Assembly: GCF_000981445.1 (NCBI RefSeq)
Contig: NC_027217.1
Span: forward strand, 558,001 to 622,000
DNA from: Babesia bigemina
Lineage: Eukaryota
Length of the DNA stretch: 64,000 bases
Reading direction: 5' to 3'
Every line of letters begins with the position of its first letter. Position 1 is the first letter of the stretch. Position numbers and translations under genes: made by a program. The notes beneath the pieces are model-generated. The model was given only the letters and a program-made list of their open reading frames with translations. It was not told the DNA's origin and ran no database searches. Below, piece after piece: positions 47,384 to 61,708 of the stretch.

Positions 47384-50300
47384 TTTTTGCGCAGGTAGAG
47401 CACTGTGATGTGGCCTCTCATCATCACCGCAATAGTCATGCAACTTTTTGAAGCCGGGGATGGGCAACCAAACGATATAACATGACGGAATATGACGCCA
47501 GCATCAACTATTACGCCGACGTGACAACTTCCACATACACATAACCGCCGACCGCTAAACGCTTGAAACACTATACCTAGTACATTATCTACCAGGTTGC
47601 TAAGCATGGGCCACGTGATTAGTTGGCGGTAGAACGTAAGTGATGTGAACAATATAAACGTCCAACCCCCGTTTGTATGCGAGACGTAGTGGTTGACATG
47701 TTGGGGTGATCCACACAACCACAACTGTGATGCAATACGCTGCATAATAACAAATGAACACATGATGATGTCATCAGACTAAGACATCACGTTTGCCTGC
47801 GGGATCTTCATCGAGTGATCGACGTCGTATAGTGAGGGCATCCTTCTGTCGTGAGTAAGTAATGCCGTGATGTCGATGAGACGGGGCATCTCGAAGCGCA
47901 GGATGATGGTATACGCATACGCGTTGCACATACTCTCTTCTACAAGAATATTCGAGGCGTGAGAAATGCTTCGTATGGGCATCTGATTTAATATAATCTC
48001 TCAGCCTCACAAAGTCCGCTCATCGCCATCGCCGTGAGGTGCCAATGTAGCATCGTCCAATCCCATACAATGCAGGACTTAAGCTTAAATTCATAGTCGC
48101 TCACAGCGGCCTAAAATGAGTCCAACGGTTAAAATCCGCGTAAATTAAATTTCTGCATTAACACAAATACCAGCGAACTCCAGCGAGTTATACGCCAGTA
48201 TCACTATCCCCAAACCGAACTTCCCCATTCAGATCTCACCCAACTGGCATCAGATAAAAAATGAGATACCGCTTCGTTAGGTGGCAAAATTCCGCCACCT
48301 GCCTCAATCCCACTGTAATAGTTTCAACTTGAAATTGCGCAGACAAGTCAGACATATACAACAGTACAGCATCTTCTTAGCCATCCAACTGGCGCAGTAA
48401 AAGGCTCTCCTTCGGTACATCGATGAATACCTGTGAGACGTGGGGATGAAGGATATGACCGATCCAGCACGGAATTCGTGAACGCGACATGCTTGTGATT
48501 AGTCAACGGCGCGTTTAGCGATTATGAAGTCACGAACTCAGGCTGGAAGTCAGTGATATTGGTTTATGCTCTGCATACGAAGTTAAGCACCTCCAAATGC
48601 ACATTCGCATTGGAGAAAAAAAGCTTACACGGCAGCAGCGCTACGTCTGTCTTTGCAGTAGTAGCGACTGCTGGAGCTTGAATTTTGTGAAGGACGCACT
48701 TTCCATCCTTCTATAGATACACAGCAAAGGTTTCTGCTGATACTCAACCTTGTTCAGTCGAGTTGTTAGAATAGCGAATAGTTTTCATTCAGCTAACTAC
48801 AATTACTTTTCCTTCGCCCTCCATTAATAATGCCTCATAAACGACCGCTTATCTACCGTATAATGTTTTCCCCACGAGTTACTAAATCAATTGCGTCACG
48901 TAAAAAGTTGCCAAATGGGATTTGTGCTTACGCCTCCTGACGGCCCTTCGCAGTGGTGATGTAGGAACGGTATCCAATACTTAGAGCACCAGCACATTCC
49001 AACATCTGTCACGTGCCATATACCTTCCTTTGACGCCTTTTTAACTCTTTGCTGTTTGTTGAGTTGGGCTTTTTTGCTCTTCCTTCTCATTGTCACATTC
49101 CACTTTATGCTTATGATCAGGATAAATCGGAAACAAGGCAATATAGCAAACAGCGTTGAGCACCGTACCCGCCACAATTATGTACATCATTGATTTCCGT
49201 AATGCCTCTTTATTTCTATCCTTGATACTTGCCTCCATGACATCAAAAGCCTCCCTCGACGGGACGTATCCGAACACCTTTTCCGACAAATAGGCCGCGA
49301 GCTGGTAAAAAATCACACTGCTTGCTATACCTGATATGCATCGAATTATGGCAGAAGCTGTGCCCTGAATCTTTTTCTGGATCGAATTATTAATAAGCGG
49401 TCTGTCTACGGCACCAAGTGTCATCAGGGACGCCCCAATCAGAGCAAACTCAATGTAGTGATACCAAAGCAGACGTCCTGGTGGAGCAGGGCCCAAGAAA
49501 AAACATAGACAAACAACAAGTCTGATTACCATCAGTACGGTGCCACATCCTAGATGAATGTATTCGCTTTTTGCGAGAGAACCCTGTTTCATGACCATAC
49601 CGCCAGCTGCGCATCCTACAGCAGCGCCTATCAGTGTAACAGCTACTGCGGCCCCCGCCATAACGTCAGATACCCCCAAATACTGCAGGTATAGAACCAT
49701 GTACGAAAATGCGCACATGGGAGCTTCCGAGATAAAAACTGACAATATTAAAACCAATGGCGTAGCTTTGGTGAAAACATCGGTAAATGACTTCTGTATT
49801 TCCCCGGTAAAATTTTTGCCGCCTTTGACATTGTCTGTGGGACTAGAAGTCAGGGAGCCACTCGCAGTTGAAGTGGAAGTAGCATCTGTATTGGGAGACC
49901 ATTTCATCCATAATGCAATGGCGATACCAACCAAGATCCACATATATCCCAGCATAACATAAGACGTACGCCAGCCGTAGTAGCCTACCAACAGCTTCTG
50001 AGCAATTAATGTGGTAACAAAGGCGCACAGCAAACGTCCAAGACAATTCAACCCTTGCAACATACCGAAAACCATACTGAATTTGCTTTCATCTTGAGAA
50101 TCCGAAACAATTCTTTGTTGTGATGGATATATGCAAGCGAATGCAAAGCCGTGTAGGAAGCGTAAGAACAGAATCTGCAGGTACATCAGCAGCGTGATTA
50201 TTGCAACCTACCACTTTGTAGTGCGACGCAGTACTTAGAAGAATAGACGCCATGCCTACAACTAGCAACCCTGCAGCAAGAACATATTGTGGGTCATTGT

Positions 50301-51261
50301 TGTCCACCAGAATACCCCAGATTAAACAGCATCCCAGTTGTGACATAGTTGACATGGTGGCCATCGTGGACAACTGAGACTGAGAAACGCCCAGCGTTAT
50401 CTCGAAGGCTCTCATACACATGGGTAACATCTGTTGGTCATAACCCTCCACTAACGACACGAAGTTGTACAGGATTCTAGCAAATCCTTCATATGTCTTT
50501 TCAGGCTGTTTCTTGGTTTGAGAGTTTTGAGTTTCTGAATCCGCCATCGTGTTGAAGCTATATCGCTTGTTTCCACATATATCCGCTATTGATCAACCAT
50601 GTAATGCGGCCATTATACCGAACGTGCGAACAACGCGCCCATTTAAACCATGCAAGTGTTGTCGAATCACTAAATATCACCGTACACACGCAGTCCGCAA
50701 CTGATAATTTAAATGTTACTTGGAGCATATACAATGACGGTATAATCACACAGACGTATAATCCATATCCCCGTAAAACACCTTAACGACAGGGAAGGAT
50801 ACTAAGCCGCGTCGAACGTATGTCCCCAATACCAATAGGCGGTTTCACTGCGTTCAAATGGCCATTAAATAACAGAAGTGTAATTGTGGAATCCGTAATT
50901 AGCGCACACGCCGATGTAAGTGTGAAATGTCACCGCATTCATGAACGGGTGTGTGCGACCCTCAGCGGTAGGAGTCAATATGCGCGGCAATGGCAGTCCA
51001 GGTGAACCTTCCCTAGATCTAGCCACCACCGCGGCCGCTCAAATAAAAATTTACTAGTATGGTTGATGCATACATTGGAAAAATGATCGATGGCGATTTA
51101 GAAGGCAACGACGTCGCAACGGGAGCGGCCATTGACGTATTGCTGCCTGCGTTGGCTGCGATGACGCATATCCCAAGTAAATGCCACGCACAAAGAGTAG
51201 AACACACCGTTGATTCGTGCCCGTTTCAACAGTATGGCTCTTTTTTCCATTTGACTGCCCT
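47384..51261 (-). repeat. Left arm of ~3.9-kb inverted duplication
   Basis: Reverse complement of 52187-56027. 47384-48880 matches 54531-56027 and 50548-51261 matches 52187-52900 almost exactly; the mirrored ORFs in the track confirm this. Confidence 0.97.
49041..50547 (-). CDS. Major facilitator superfamily transporter, paralogue A (489 aa; intron 50175-50211)
   Basis: About 12 hydrophobic segments; EGYDQQMLP, WGILVD, LRFLHGFAF, YYGWRTSY. A 37-nt phase-0 intron joins the two ORFs. Confidence 0.88.
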
Positions 51262-52186
51262 TCCATGGTTTGCTAAAAAAGCTTACTGCTTTTTTTAATT
51301 GTTAGCCGTAGCTAGTAACTAGAAACGGCACGGCTACGTTATCTATACGTGTGCTGGATGAGGCTATTCAGGCTTACTGTGCTGCATAGCTAACGGCTGT
51401 GAAGCCTCGCTAAATGGATTCAACCTTGCGTAATTGAGATAGCCACCTCGCCCGGTGTACGGAAAGAGCAATATTACCATCCACGCGAGGCGAGTTGAAA
51501 CGCATTCAATTCATATGGTAGTGCCAATTCTCACGGCATTCCTGAGCATTTTTTACTACATTGAGATAGCCCATTGCAGCAAATCACCCCTACAGCCTAC
51601 TTGACGGGCAACCCCGATAAGCAATACGCCACACACCCAAGCCGCCAACACTCTAGGCCATGTGTATATATGCCAGATACAGCCTAGGGCATTTCGCATT
51701 CGTCGCCACTCGACTGGTTGATGACCCACTATGTCACAAAATGGCATTTCTCAGTTGCTCACTCGAACCGGCGGAGTCTATCGCCATAGTGGAATGATTT
51801 ACATAACTCTGAATCTACAACGCTAACTGCATACTTCAATATAAATTAAATGGTAGGCTGTTGTGAGTTAAATTTAGAGAGTGGCTGCAAATACCTACCA
51901 GTGTAGGTTGCGCTTCTGATCAGGAATACCAGATTCATTGCAAGACATATGACGTTTGTCACGTGTAACATTCAGCGTCGGATAAATATTTGCCATCGTG
52001 ACTCCTTGTCACTTACGGTAAAACTATCAAACCTCGCTTTGGCGTACAAAAGCTTTGGATTTAAGACAGCTAGACCAGAGGCACTTTTATATGGTATATG
52101 CTGACACTGATACGAATGTCAATATATTGTTCACGGAATGCTAACACGCGACCAACAGTCCGATGTTGTGTTAGCGAAAAAATCAT

Positions 52187-55100
52187 AGGGCAGTCAAATG
52201 GAAAAAAGAGCCATACTGTTGAAACAGGCACGAATCAACGGTGTGTTCTACTCTTTGTGCGTGGCATTTACTTGGGATATGCGTCATCGCAGCCAACGCA
52301 GGCAGCAATACGTCAATGGCCGCTCCCGTTGCGACGTCGTTGCCTTCTAAATCGCCATCGATCATTTTTCCAATGTATGCATCAACCATACTAGTAAATT
52401 TTTATTTGAGCGGCCGCGGTGGTGGCTAGATCTAGGGAAGGTTCACCTGGACTGCCATTGCCGCGCATATTGACTCCTACCGCTGAGGGTCGCACACACC
52501 CGTTCATGAATGCGGTGACATTTCACACTTACATCGGCGTGTGCGCTAATTACGGATTCCACAATTACACTTCTGTTATTTAATGGCCATTTGAACGCAG
52601 TGAAACCGCCTATTGGTATTGGGGACATACGTTTGACGCGGCTTAGTATCCTTCCCTGTCGTTAAGGTGTTTTACGGGGATATGGATTATACGTCTGTGT
52701 GATTATACCGTCATTGTATATGCTCCAAGTAACATTTAAATTATCAGTTGCGGACTGCGTGTGTACGGTGATATTTAGTGATTCGACAACACTTGCATGG
52801 TTTAAATGGGCGCGTTGTTCGCACGTTCGGTATAATGGCCGCATTACATGGTTGATCAATAGCGGATATATGTGGAAACAAGCGATATAGCTTCAACACG
52901 ATGAGTGAAATTGGAAATCAAGGAACTACCAGCGCGAAATCGCCTTCCAAAAAATATGAAGGCTTCGCTACGGCCCTGTACAACTTCGTGTCGTTAGTGG
53001 AGGGTTATGACCAACAGATGTTACCCATGTGTATGAGAGCCTTCGAGATAACGCTGGGCGTTTCTCAGTCTCAGTTGTCCACGATGGCCACCATGTCAAC
53101 TATGTCACAACTGGGATGCTGTTTAATCTGGGGTATTTTGGTGGACAACAATGACCCACAATACTTACTTGCAGCAGGGTTGTTAGTTGTAGGCATGGCG
53201 TCTATTCTTCTAAGTACTGCGTCGCACTACAAAGTGGTAGGTTGCAATAATCACGCTGCTGATGTACCTGCAGATTCTGTTCTTACGCTTCCTACACGGC
53301 TTTGCATTCGCTTGCATATATCCATCACAACAAAGAATTGTTTCGGATTCTCAAGATGAAAGCAAATTCAGTATGGTTTTCGGTATGTTGCAAGGGTTGA
53401 ATTGTCTTGGACGTTTGCTGTGCGCCTTTGTTACCACATTAATTGCTCAGAAGCTGTTGGTAGGCTACTACGGCTGGCGTACGTCTTATGTTATGCTGGG
53501 ATATATGTGGATCTTGGTTGGTATCGCCATTGCATTATGGATGAAATGGTCTCCCAATACAAATAGTGATACCGCTGCTAATGGCCAGCAGCCTATTGCT
53601 ACTTCTGCGAACAAGGGCAGCTTTACGGCTGAAATAAAGCAATCGTTTAGCGATGTTTTCACTCAGCCTACGCCTGGAATCCTAATATTGGCCGTTTTTA
53701 TCTCAGAGGCCCCATTATGCGCCTTTTCCTATGTGGTTCTATACCTGCAATATTTGGGAGTATCTGACGTAATGGCTGGGGCTGCAGTAGCTGTTACACT
53801 AATAGGAGCTGCTGTTGCGTGTGCAGCTGGTGGTATGGTTATGAAGACAGAGGGATTAAAAACAAATGACTACCTTCATCTAAGCTGCGGAGTCGTCGTA
53901 ATGGTAATCAGACTTGTTGTTTGTCTATGTTTTTTCTTGGGTCCTGCACCCCCCGGACGTCTTCTTTGGTATCACTACATTGAGTTTGCTCTGATTGGAG
54001 CTTCCCTGATGACAGTCGGCGCCGTCGACAGACCGCTTATTAATAATTCGATCCAGAAAAAGATTCAGGGCACAGCTTCTGCCATAATCAGGTGTATATC
54101 AGGTATAGCAAGCAGTGTGATTTTTTATCAGCTTGCGGCCTATTTGTCGGAAAAGGTGTTCGGATACGTCCCGTCGAGGGAGGCTTTTGATGTCATGGAG
54201 GCAAGTATCAAGGATAGAAATAAAGAGGCATTACGGAAATCAATGATGTACATTATTGTGGCAGGCAGTGTGCTCAACACCTTGTGTTATATTGCGTTAT
54301 TTCCGATATATCCGGGACATAAGCAAAATTTAAATAAGGAAAATGGGGTTGCAGCCGCAGCAAAAGCAGCAGCATAAACATGATCCTGTGGAGTATTGCC
54401 GCCAGTGCCTACGTTGTCGTCTCCGTTGTTTGTGCAATGACTATTAGGAACTCCAACAGACTCGCTTCTTGGTGACTTTGTGGATGTATTTATGGGATCT
54501 ATTTTGCAACATCGCCCGGTTCAATGTTTAAACTCGTGGGGAAAACATTATACGGTAGATAAGCGGTCGTTTATGAGGCATTATTAATGGAGGGCGAAGG
54601 AAAAGTAATTGTAGTTAGCTGAATGAAAACTATTCGCTATTCTAACAACTCGACTGAACAAGGTTGAGTATCAGCAGAAACCTTTGCTGTGTATCTATAG
54701 AAGGATGGAAAGTGCGTCCTTCACAAAATTCAAGCTCCAGCAGTCGCTACTACTGCAAAGACAGACGTAGCGCTGCTGCCGTGTAAGCTTTTTTTCTCCA
54801 ATGCGAATGTGCATTTGGAGGTGCTTAACTTCGTATGCAGAGCATAAACCAATATCACTGACTTCCAGCCTGAGTTCGTGACTTCATAATCGCTAAACGC
54901 GCCGTTGACTAATCACAAGCATGTCGCGTTCACGAATTCCGTGCTGGATCGGTCATATCCTTCATCCCCACGTCTCACAGGTATTCATCGATGTACCGAA
55001 GGAGAGCCTTTTACTGCGCCAGTTGGATGGCTAAGAAGATGCTGTACTGTTGTATATGTCTGACTTGTCTGCGCAATTTCAAGTTGAAACTATTACAGTG

Positions 55101-56027
55101 GGATTGAGGCAGGTGGCGGAATTTTGCCACCTAACGAAGCGGTATCTCATTTTTTATCTGATGCCAGTTGGGTGAGATCTGAATGGGGAAGTTCGGTTTG
55201 GGGATAGTGATACTGGCGTATAACTCGCTGGAGTTCGCTGGTATTTGTGTTAATGCAGAAATTTAATTTACGCGGATTTTAACCGTTGGACTCATTTTAG
55301 GCCGCTGTGAGCGACTATGAATTTAAGCTTAAGTCCTGCATTGTATGGGATTGGACGATGCTACATTGGCACCTCACGGCGATGGCGATGAGCGGACTTT
55401 GTGAGGCTGAGAGATTATATTAAATCAGATGCCCATACGAAGCATTTCTCACGCCTCGAATATTCTTGTAGAAGAGAGTATGTGCAACGCGTATGCGTAT
55501 ACCATCATCCTGCGCTTCGAGATGCCCCGTCTCATCGACATCACGGCATTACTTACTCACGACAGAAGGATGCCCTCACTATACGACGTCGATCACTCGA
55601 TGAAGATCCCGCAGGCAAACGTGATGTCTTAGTCTGATGACATCATCATGTGTTCATTTGTTATTATGCAGCGTATTGCATCACAGTTGTGGTTGTGTGG
55701 ATCACCCCAACATGTCAACCACTACGTCTCGCATACAAACGGGGGTTGGACGTTTATATTGTTCACATCACTTGCGTTCAACCTCCTACTAATCACGTGG
55801 CCCATGCTTAGCAACCTGGTAGATAATGTACTAGGTATAGTGTTTCAAGCGTTTAGCGGTCGGCGGTTATGTGTATGTGGAAGTTGTCACGTCGGCGTAA
55901 TAGTTGATGCTGGCGTCATATTCCGTCATGTTATATCGTTTGGTTGCCCATCCCCGGCTTCAAAAAGTTGCATGACTATTGCGGTGATGATGAGAGGCCA
56001 CATCACAGTGCTCTACCTACGCAAAAA
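52187..56027 (+). repeat. Right arm of ~3.9-kb inverted duplication
   Basis: Reverse complement of 47384-51261, separated from it by a 925-bp unique spacer (51262-52186). Confidence 0.97.
52901..54377 (+). CDS. Major facilitator superfamily transporter, paralogue B (479 aa; intron 53237-53273)
   Basis: Same architecture and identical intron sequence as paralogue A. Confidence 0.88.
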
Positions 56028-56453
56028 TTTTACCGTTACCTGCTTTACCTGGCATAGCGTGTATGTAACAAAGTGAACAAGCCAATGTTGTGTGCTATTG
56101 TGTTAACAAAAAGATTAATAGAGCTCTTGTATACTATTCCCAACAGCCTGGAAATATAATGCCACCATTAATCAAACGATGGTATCATCGCACTTAGATA
56201 AAATACAAAGTTAGTAGAAGGTGTGTTTGAGCGCACGCGTCATTAATGTCTAATTATGACGCCAATGAAGGGGGTATCGCAATGGGAAGTGCCGATCGGG
56301 CAGGGAGTCAACATTACACCGTAAGCGGCACATCAGCGCATCGACACGCCATCACCAATACAATCCAAAACATCGCAAAGCAATCAGCACGATACTGTAT
56401 CTGAAGAGAATTAATGAACATTTAAAAGTTGTCTGGAACTAAAGGAGGATGCC

Positions 56454-57555
<1,102 letters not shown>

Positions 57556-57908
57556 CTTTAGAAAGAGTCTACCGGATGTAGACAAGCAAGCAAACGTTAG
57601 AGTAAAAGTAGTGTGATCGAAGTGTGAATGAGAAGTGGTGACGCAAGATGCGGATGCATTGGGGCACGCTGTATGCTTGCCCCCATGGGGTCACTTGGGC
57701 AAGCCCCCGAAGAGCAGCTGAATAAGGGATGGCGCGGTCCCGCCGCGGGAATTGTGTTGTCACAGGCGCGTAGAACGCGCCCAGCAAAGCGGGGCATTAT
57801 GTCTGCTGTGAAAACGCCGGAAGCGGCTGCATGAGACAGCGTCACACGCACACACACCAAGAGGTGACAATTACACGCACACATTAGGAATAAGTCTGCT
57901 GCATGATA

Positions 57909-59102
57909 TTACTTCATGTGCTTTATGCGGCCGAAGTCCATCCTGGAAGTGGCCAAGTAAGCCCAGAAGAAACGGTACCACAGCGACATTGCAACGGTAC
58001 CCAGGGTGGCGCCGAAAATGAGCTTCATACCCATGTTCTTGCGCTCGTCGTGCATCGGGTCGCTCGCCCAGGTGATGAAGCTGACGACGTCCTTGGCCAT
58101 CTGCGACACAGTAGCCGGAGTGCCGTCCTCGTAGTCAATCATACCGTCTTCCAGGGGAGGGGGCATAGCGATTGAGCCGCCGGTGAAATAGTTGTTGAAA
58201 TACAGTCCCTGACGCAGTTCGATACCCTCTGGAGGATCACAGTAGCCAGTTAGCAGAGCGAACAGATAGTCCGGTCCTGTCTTGCGTGCGGACGCCATCA
58301 ACGATAGATCGGGTGGGATTGCGCCGCCGTTGGCGTAACGGGCGGCCTCGGCGTTGGGGTACGGCGACGGGAATGGGTCCGTCAAGACTCCCGGACGCAT
58401 AAACATCTCCCCCTCGTCATTAGGACCGTCTTCCACCTCGTACTCCTCAGCTATCTGCTTGGCGCGCTGCTCCGGGTACACCTCGTTTGCCAGGTGACGG
58501 AATCGCATAAACTGCATAGAGTGGCACGTGGCGCAAACCTGACGATACACCTCATAACCGCGACGAACACTGCCAATGTCGTGGCCGTGGAAGGGGCCCT
58601 TGAACCAAAACGGGTAGTAAGGTGCCTTTGGGGGATTCAGGTCTGAGCACCAGGCTATCGGGCGGCTCTGGTACCAGTTGTGCACTACGGTGGCACCAAT
58701 CGCAACGTAGATGTACGTCTTCAGGCTCTGGTAACGGTACTTCGAGCGCTCCTCGTTCTCCTCTTCGGTGTAGGGCTCGAAGAAGTTGGCGAGGCGCTGT
58801 TGCGCGCGAGGTGTGGGCAGATAGAAATCAACACCTTCTACCAGTGTGCCGCGTGCGCGCTGCTTCTTGTAGTCAACTGCGGGCTGACGGTACTGGTACG
58901 ACGGCTTCAGCGGGTCCAAAATGTATTTGTTGAAGCTCTTAATCTTCGTGTTGGTGGTCACGCATGTATCGTACATTGAGCTCACAGCTTTCGCGTTCCA
59001 GAGCTTGATCTTGTTCAAACGCCACTTCAGAGGCATCTTGTTCCACAACTTGTCCTTATAGCCTGGGAAGATCTTGTTCAAAGCGCCTCCTCCGCCCGCC
59101 AT
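57909..59102 (-). CDS. CYC1: Cytochrome c1 (complex III), apicomplexan type with long N-terminal extension
   Basis: SVRRGYEVYRQVCATCHS haem motif, PPDLSL, IAMPPPL, DGTPATVSQMAKDV, C-terminal TM helix; ATG at 59102 (MAGGGG). Confidence 0.96.
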   Translation of the reverse strand: MAGGGGALNKIFPGYKDKLWNKMPLKWRLNKIKLWNAKAVSSMYDTCVTTNTKIKSFNKYILDPLKPSYQYRQPAVDYKKQRARGTLVEGVDFYLPTPRAQQRLANFFEPYTEEENEERSKYRYQSLKTYIYVAIGATVVHNWYQSRPIAWCSDLNPPKAPYYPFWFKGPFHGHDIGSVRRGYEVYRQVCATCHSMQFMRFRHLANEVYPEQRAKQIAEEYEVEDGPNDEGEMFMRPGVLTDPFPSPYPNAEAARYANGGAIPPDLSLMASARKTGPDYLFALLTGYCDPPEGIELRQGLYFNNYFTGGSIAMPPPLEDGMIDYEDGTPATVSQMAKDVVSFITWASDPMHDERKNMGMKLIFGATLGTVAMSLWYRFFWAYLATSRMDFGRIKHMK

Positions 59103-60056
59103 CTTTAACAGTGCGCATAACACCTAAATCGCGAGTGTCAAGAGTGTCACTGCTGGGACATGAGACAGAACCGGTGCCTGCAATATATCCACACCGAATG
59201 CTTGGCAACTTGAAGGGTTTCAGCTGGCGAGCCGCTTCGGTGCTCTACCGACGGGACCTAAAGAAAAGTACCCCGGCCAGCCGTGAACAACCACCACCGT
59301 CACAAGGCCGTGAGTGCCGCCCTGTCCGATCCGCGCAATTATTAATATTGCACGGTGTTTTTAGTGGCGCGTAAACGCGGTTCGCACGGAGCAAATACGA
59401 TTCGCGCCCAGCGCGCCGGCAGGCACCTGGATACGGATGCTGGGCACGAATTCAGGCTCCGGAGCGAGGAACTGGTCACGATAATATTATAGTGCTCCAC
59501 CAATAATCGCAATATGGCACCAGGCGCTGCCAGTCGGAGCCCATCAGCGCTACAGCATGGGGCACGAGGGAGACCGAATTATCTGAATGAGCCGACGTAA
59601 GGAAGGATTTGGCGACAGAAAATTACACAAACTCGTACGTTACGATTGGTGTGGTAGCCGTGTACAACGGTCGAGAGTAACCGGCATTCTATCAATTGCC
59701 GCGCAGCCCGGGCTCTGCATCAGGGCACATGATTGTAAAGACAGACGGCAGAACCTCACACACATTGAACCACATTAATGACATCATTTTGTATATTGGG
59801 TGTGTGATTGCCGTCCGTAGGAGGCGTGACTGTCTGGAAGGAAACCTGTGCCGCCCGAGTGACGTGTCTAGGCCGTACATACCCCTTTGCTGCACAACTC
59901 TGCAACATAGGCGTTACTACCATAGTTTTCACCGCATGTATGCAATGAGCTGCTAACGTGTGACTGTGGCGCTGCCTTGCCAATTTGTCTACCCCTAGAC
60001 ACTCTTGTATGTAACACGACGTGCGCACCGGCACTCGCGTTCACAACGCGAACGTC

Positions 60057-60755
60057 ATGGCAGCGGAAAATGTGGACCCTCCCCAGGGCAAGCCTGCTAC
60101 TAATGTGGATGCATTGGGGCGGAAGGTTTGGGACAAGTCATACTACGCCCAGGTCGCAGAGAAGAAAACAGGGGGGCAGGGGGACAGTGTAGAGCAATCT
60201 ATCGCAACTTTGCTGCCGGATCCAAATCGGAAACCGGTAGTTGCTGTGCCGGAAGTGCGCGAAAACCTCAAGCGGAGGAAGGAAACGGTCGATGTGACGA
60301 AGGATGTGGGAAAAGTTCGGGTCATTAGTGCACTAACCCATAAATCGCAACAAGGGGGGTTCTACTGCAAAGTATGCGACTGCCTGCTGAGGGACTCGCA
60401 GGCCTACATGGACCACCTCAATGGGCGCAAACACAACAGAATGCTTGGAATGACCATGCGAGTGGAGAAAGTCGACGCCAAGACTGTTGCACAGGCCCTC
60501 AAGAGGCGAGCCATGCAAGAAAACGCGCCGAAATTGTCTACGGAAGATCTACAGAAGGATTTGCAGGAACGTATTAAGGAGCTTGAGGCTGAAGAACGCG
60601 AAATGAAGCGGAAACGGAAAATGAACAAAAAACTCAAGCAAGAAAGCAAAAATATTTCAACGAAGCTTAAAGTGGAAGATGACAGCACCGAAAATGTGGA
60701 AACAGACCAAACTGAAATGTTGATGCGATCTATGGGATTACCAACAAGCTTCTGA
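60057..60755 (+). CDS. ZMAT2: Zinc finger matrin-type 2 / Snu23 spliceosomal protein
   Basis: RKVWDKSYY, GGFYCKVCDCLLRDSQAYMDHLNGRKHNRMLGMTMRVEK, C-terminal MGLPTSF. Confidence 0.9.
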   Translation: MAAENVDPPQGKPATNVDALGRKVWDKSYYAQVAEKKTGGQGDSVEQSIATLLPDPNRKPVVAVPEVRENLKRRKETVDVTKDVGKVRVISALTHKSQQGGFYCKVCDCLLRDSQAYMDHLNGRKHNRMLGMTMRVEKVDAKTVAQALKRRAMQENAPKLSTEDLQKDLQERIKELEAEEREMKRKRKMNKKLKQESKNISTKLKVEDDSTENVETDQTEMLMRSMGLPTSF

Positions 60756-61708
60756 TTCGTTGCTTCCAGCGCAACCTATCAAACTCCTTGACCATCAATG
60801 TCACCAATCAGCCCACAGCTGTTAATAACGTATAATATCGGTTTGTAGCGAAAATCTTGTAATGCGTGTATGATATTCGTGGCCGTTTAGTTGCCATTTT
60901 TCCACTGCTTTTAACCGTATACGTGTGGTCCAGGACGCTTTCCGTGTTTACCGATGCCTCGTTCCTCTCCATATATAGACACCAACCTTGAATTACGCGC
61001 ATTGATGTTTTAGACGTCTCCCTACACATGCTAATCAGTTGCTACTACCTTTAGTGACCCAAATGCTTTTCCGATATTTGATATAGCCGCCGGTACCGCA
61101 AAACTCTCAAGACTGGTTTAAGACTGTATAGCTCACAATTAGGGCACGCCCACTACTACCGGTGTTTAAGCAATCACGCGTTGCCGATGGCGAATTCCAC
61201 GTCGTTCCGTTGCCGATCGTAACTGGCGCCATCCATGCGGGCGTCCATCCAGTTTAAGACGGAGGTTCATTCAAGGAATCGTAATCGTCTTTGTGTTACA
61301 TCTTCCTCAGCATGTATGATAGCGATTTGAAATTTGTATAATACTTGATATCCATATCCTTTATCAGGTCCTCCCACTATATTTTCTTACGCATGTCTCC
61401 ACGATTTTGTCCTGCTGGTGTTATGCCTGTCTTAGGCGGTCATTGTATCCCTAACACATCCGCGTGACCTATCAAACAGTTATACCGTAAGACGAGACTA
61501 CGGGGCCTCCGTACAGACTCATGCCACTACAGCGCTGCATTGATACGTTAACTAGGTCGTGCGCCACGTCGCTTCTTATGCAGATCGGTTGGAGTGTTTA
61601 CAACAATGGGTAGTGAATGACGGAGAGGAGTCAGTTATGCCAACCAATGATTAACAAACGTAGTCAAGGAATAACTCTTGCAGCAATAATAGTTGTGACG
61701 TATGTCCC

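Noticed and set aside
58630..59102. Long N-terminal extension on cytochrome c1 as a novel fusion
   Set aside because: Extended N-termini are a known feature of apicomplexan cytochrome c1.
59200..60000. GC-rich intergenic stretch between CYC1 and ZMAT2 as a possible ncRNA
   Set aside because: No tRNA, snRNA or snoRNA signature recognised; compatible with a divergent promoter and UTRs.
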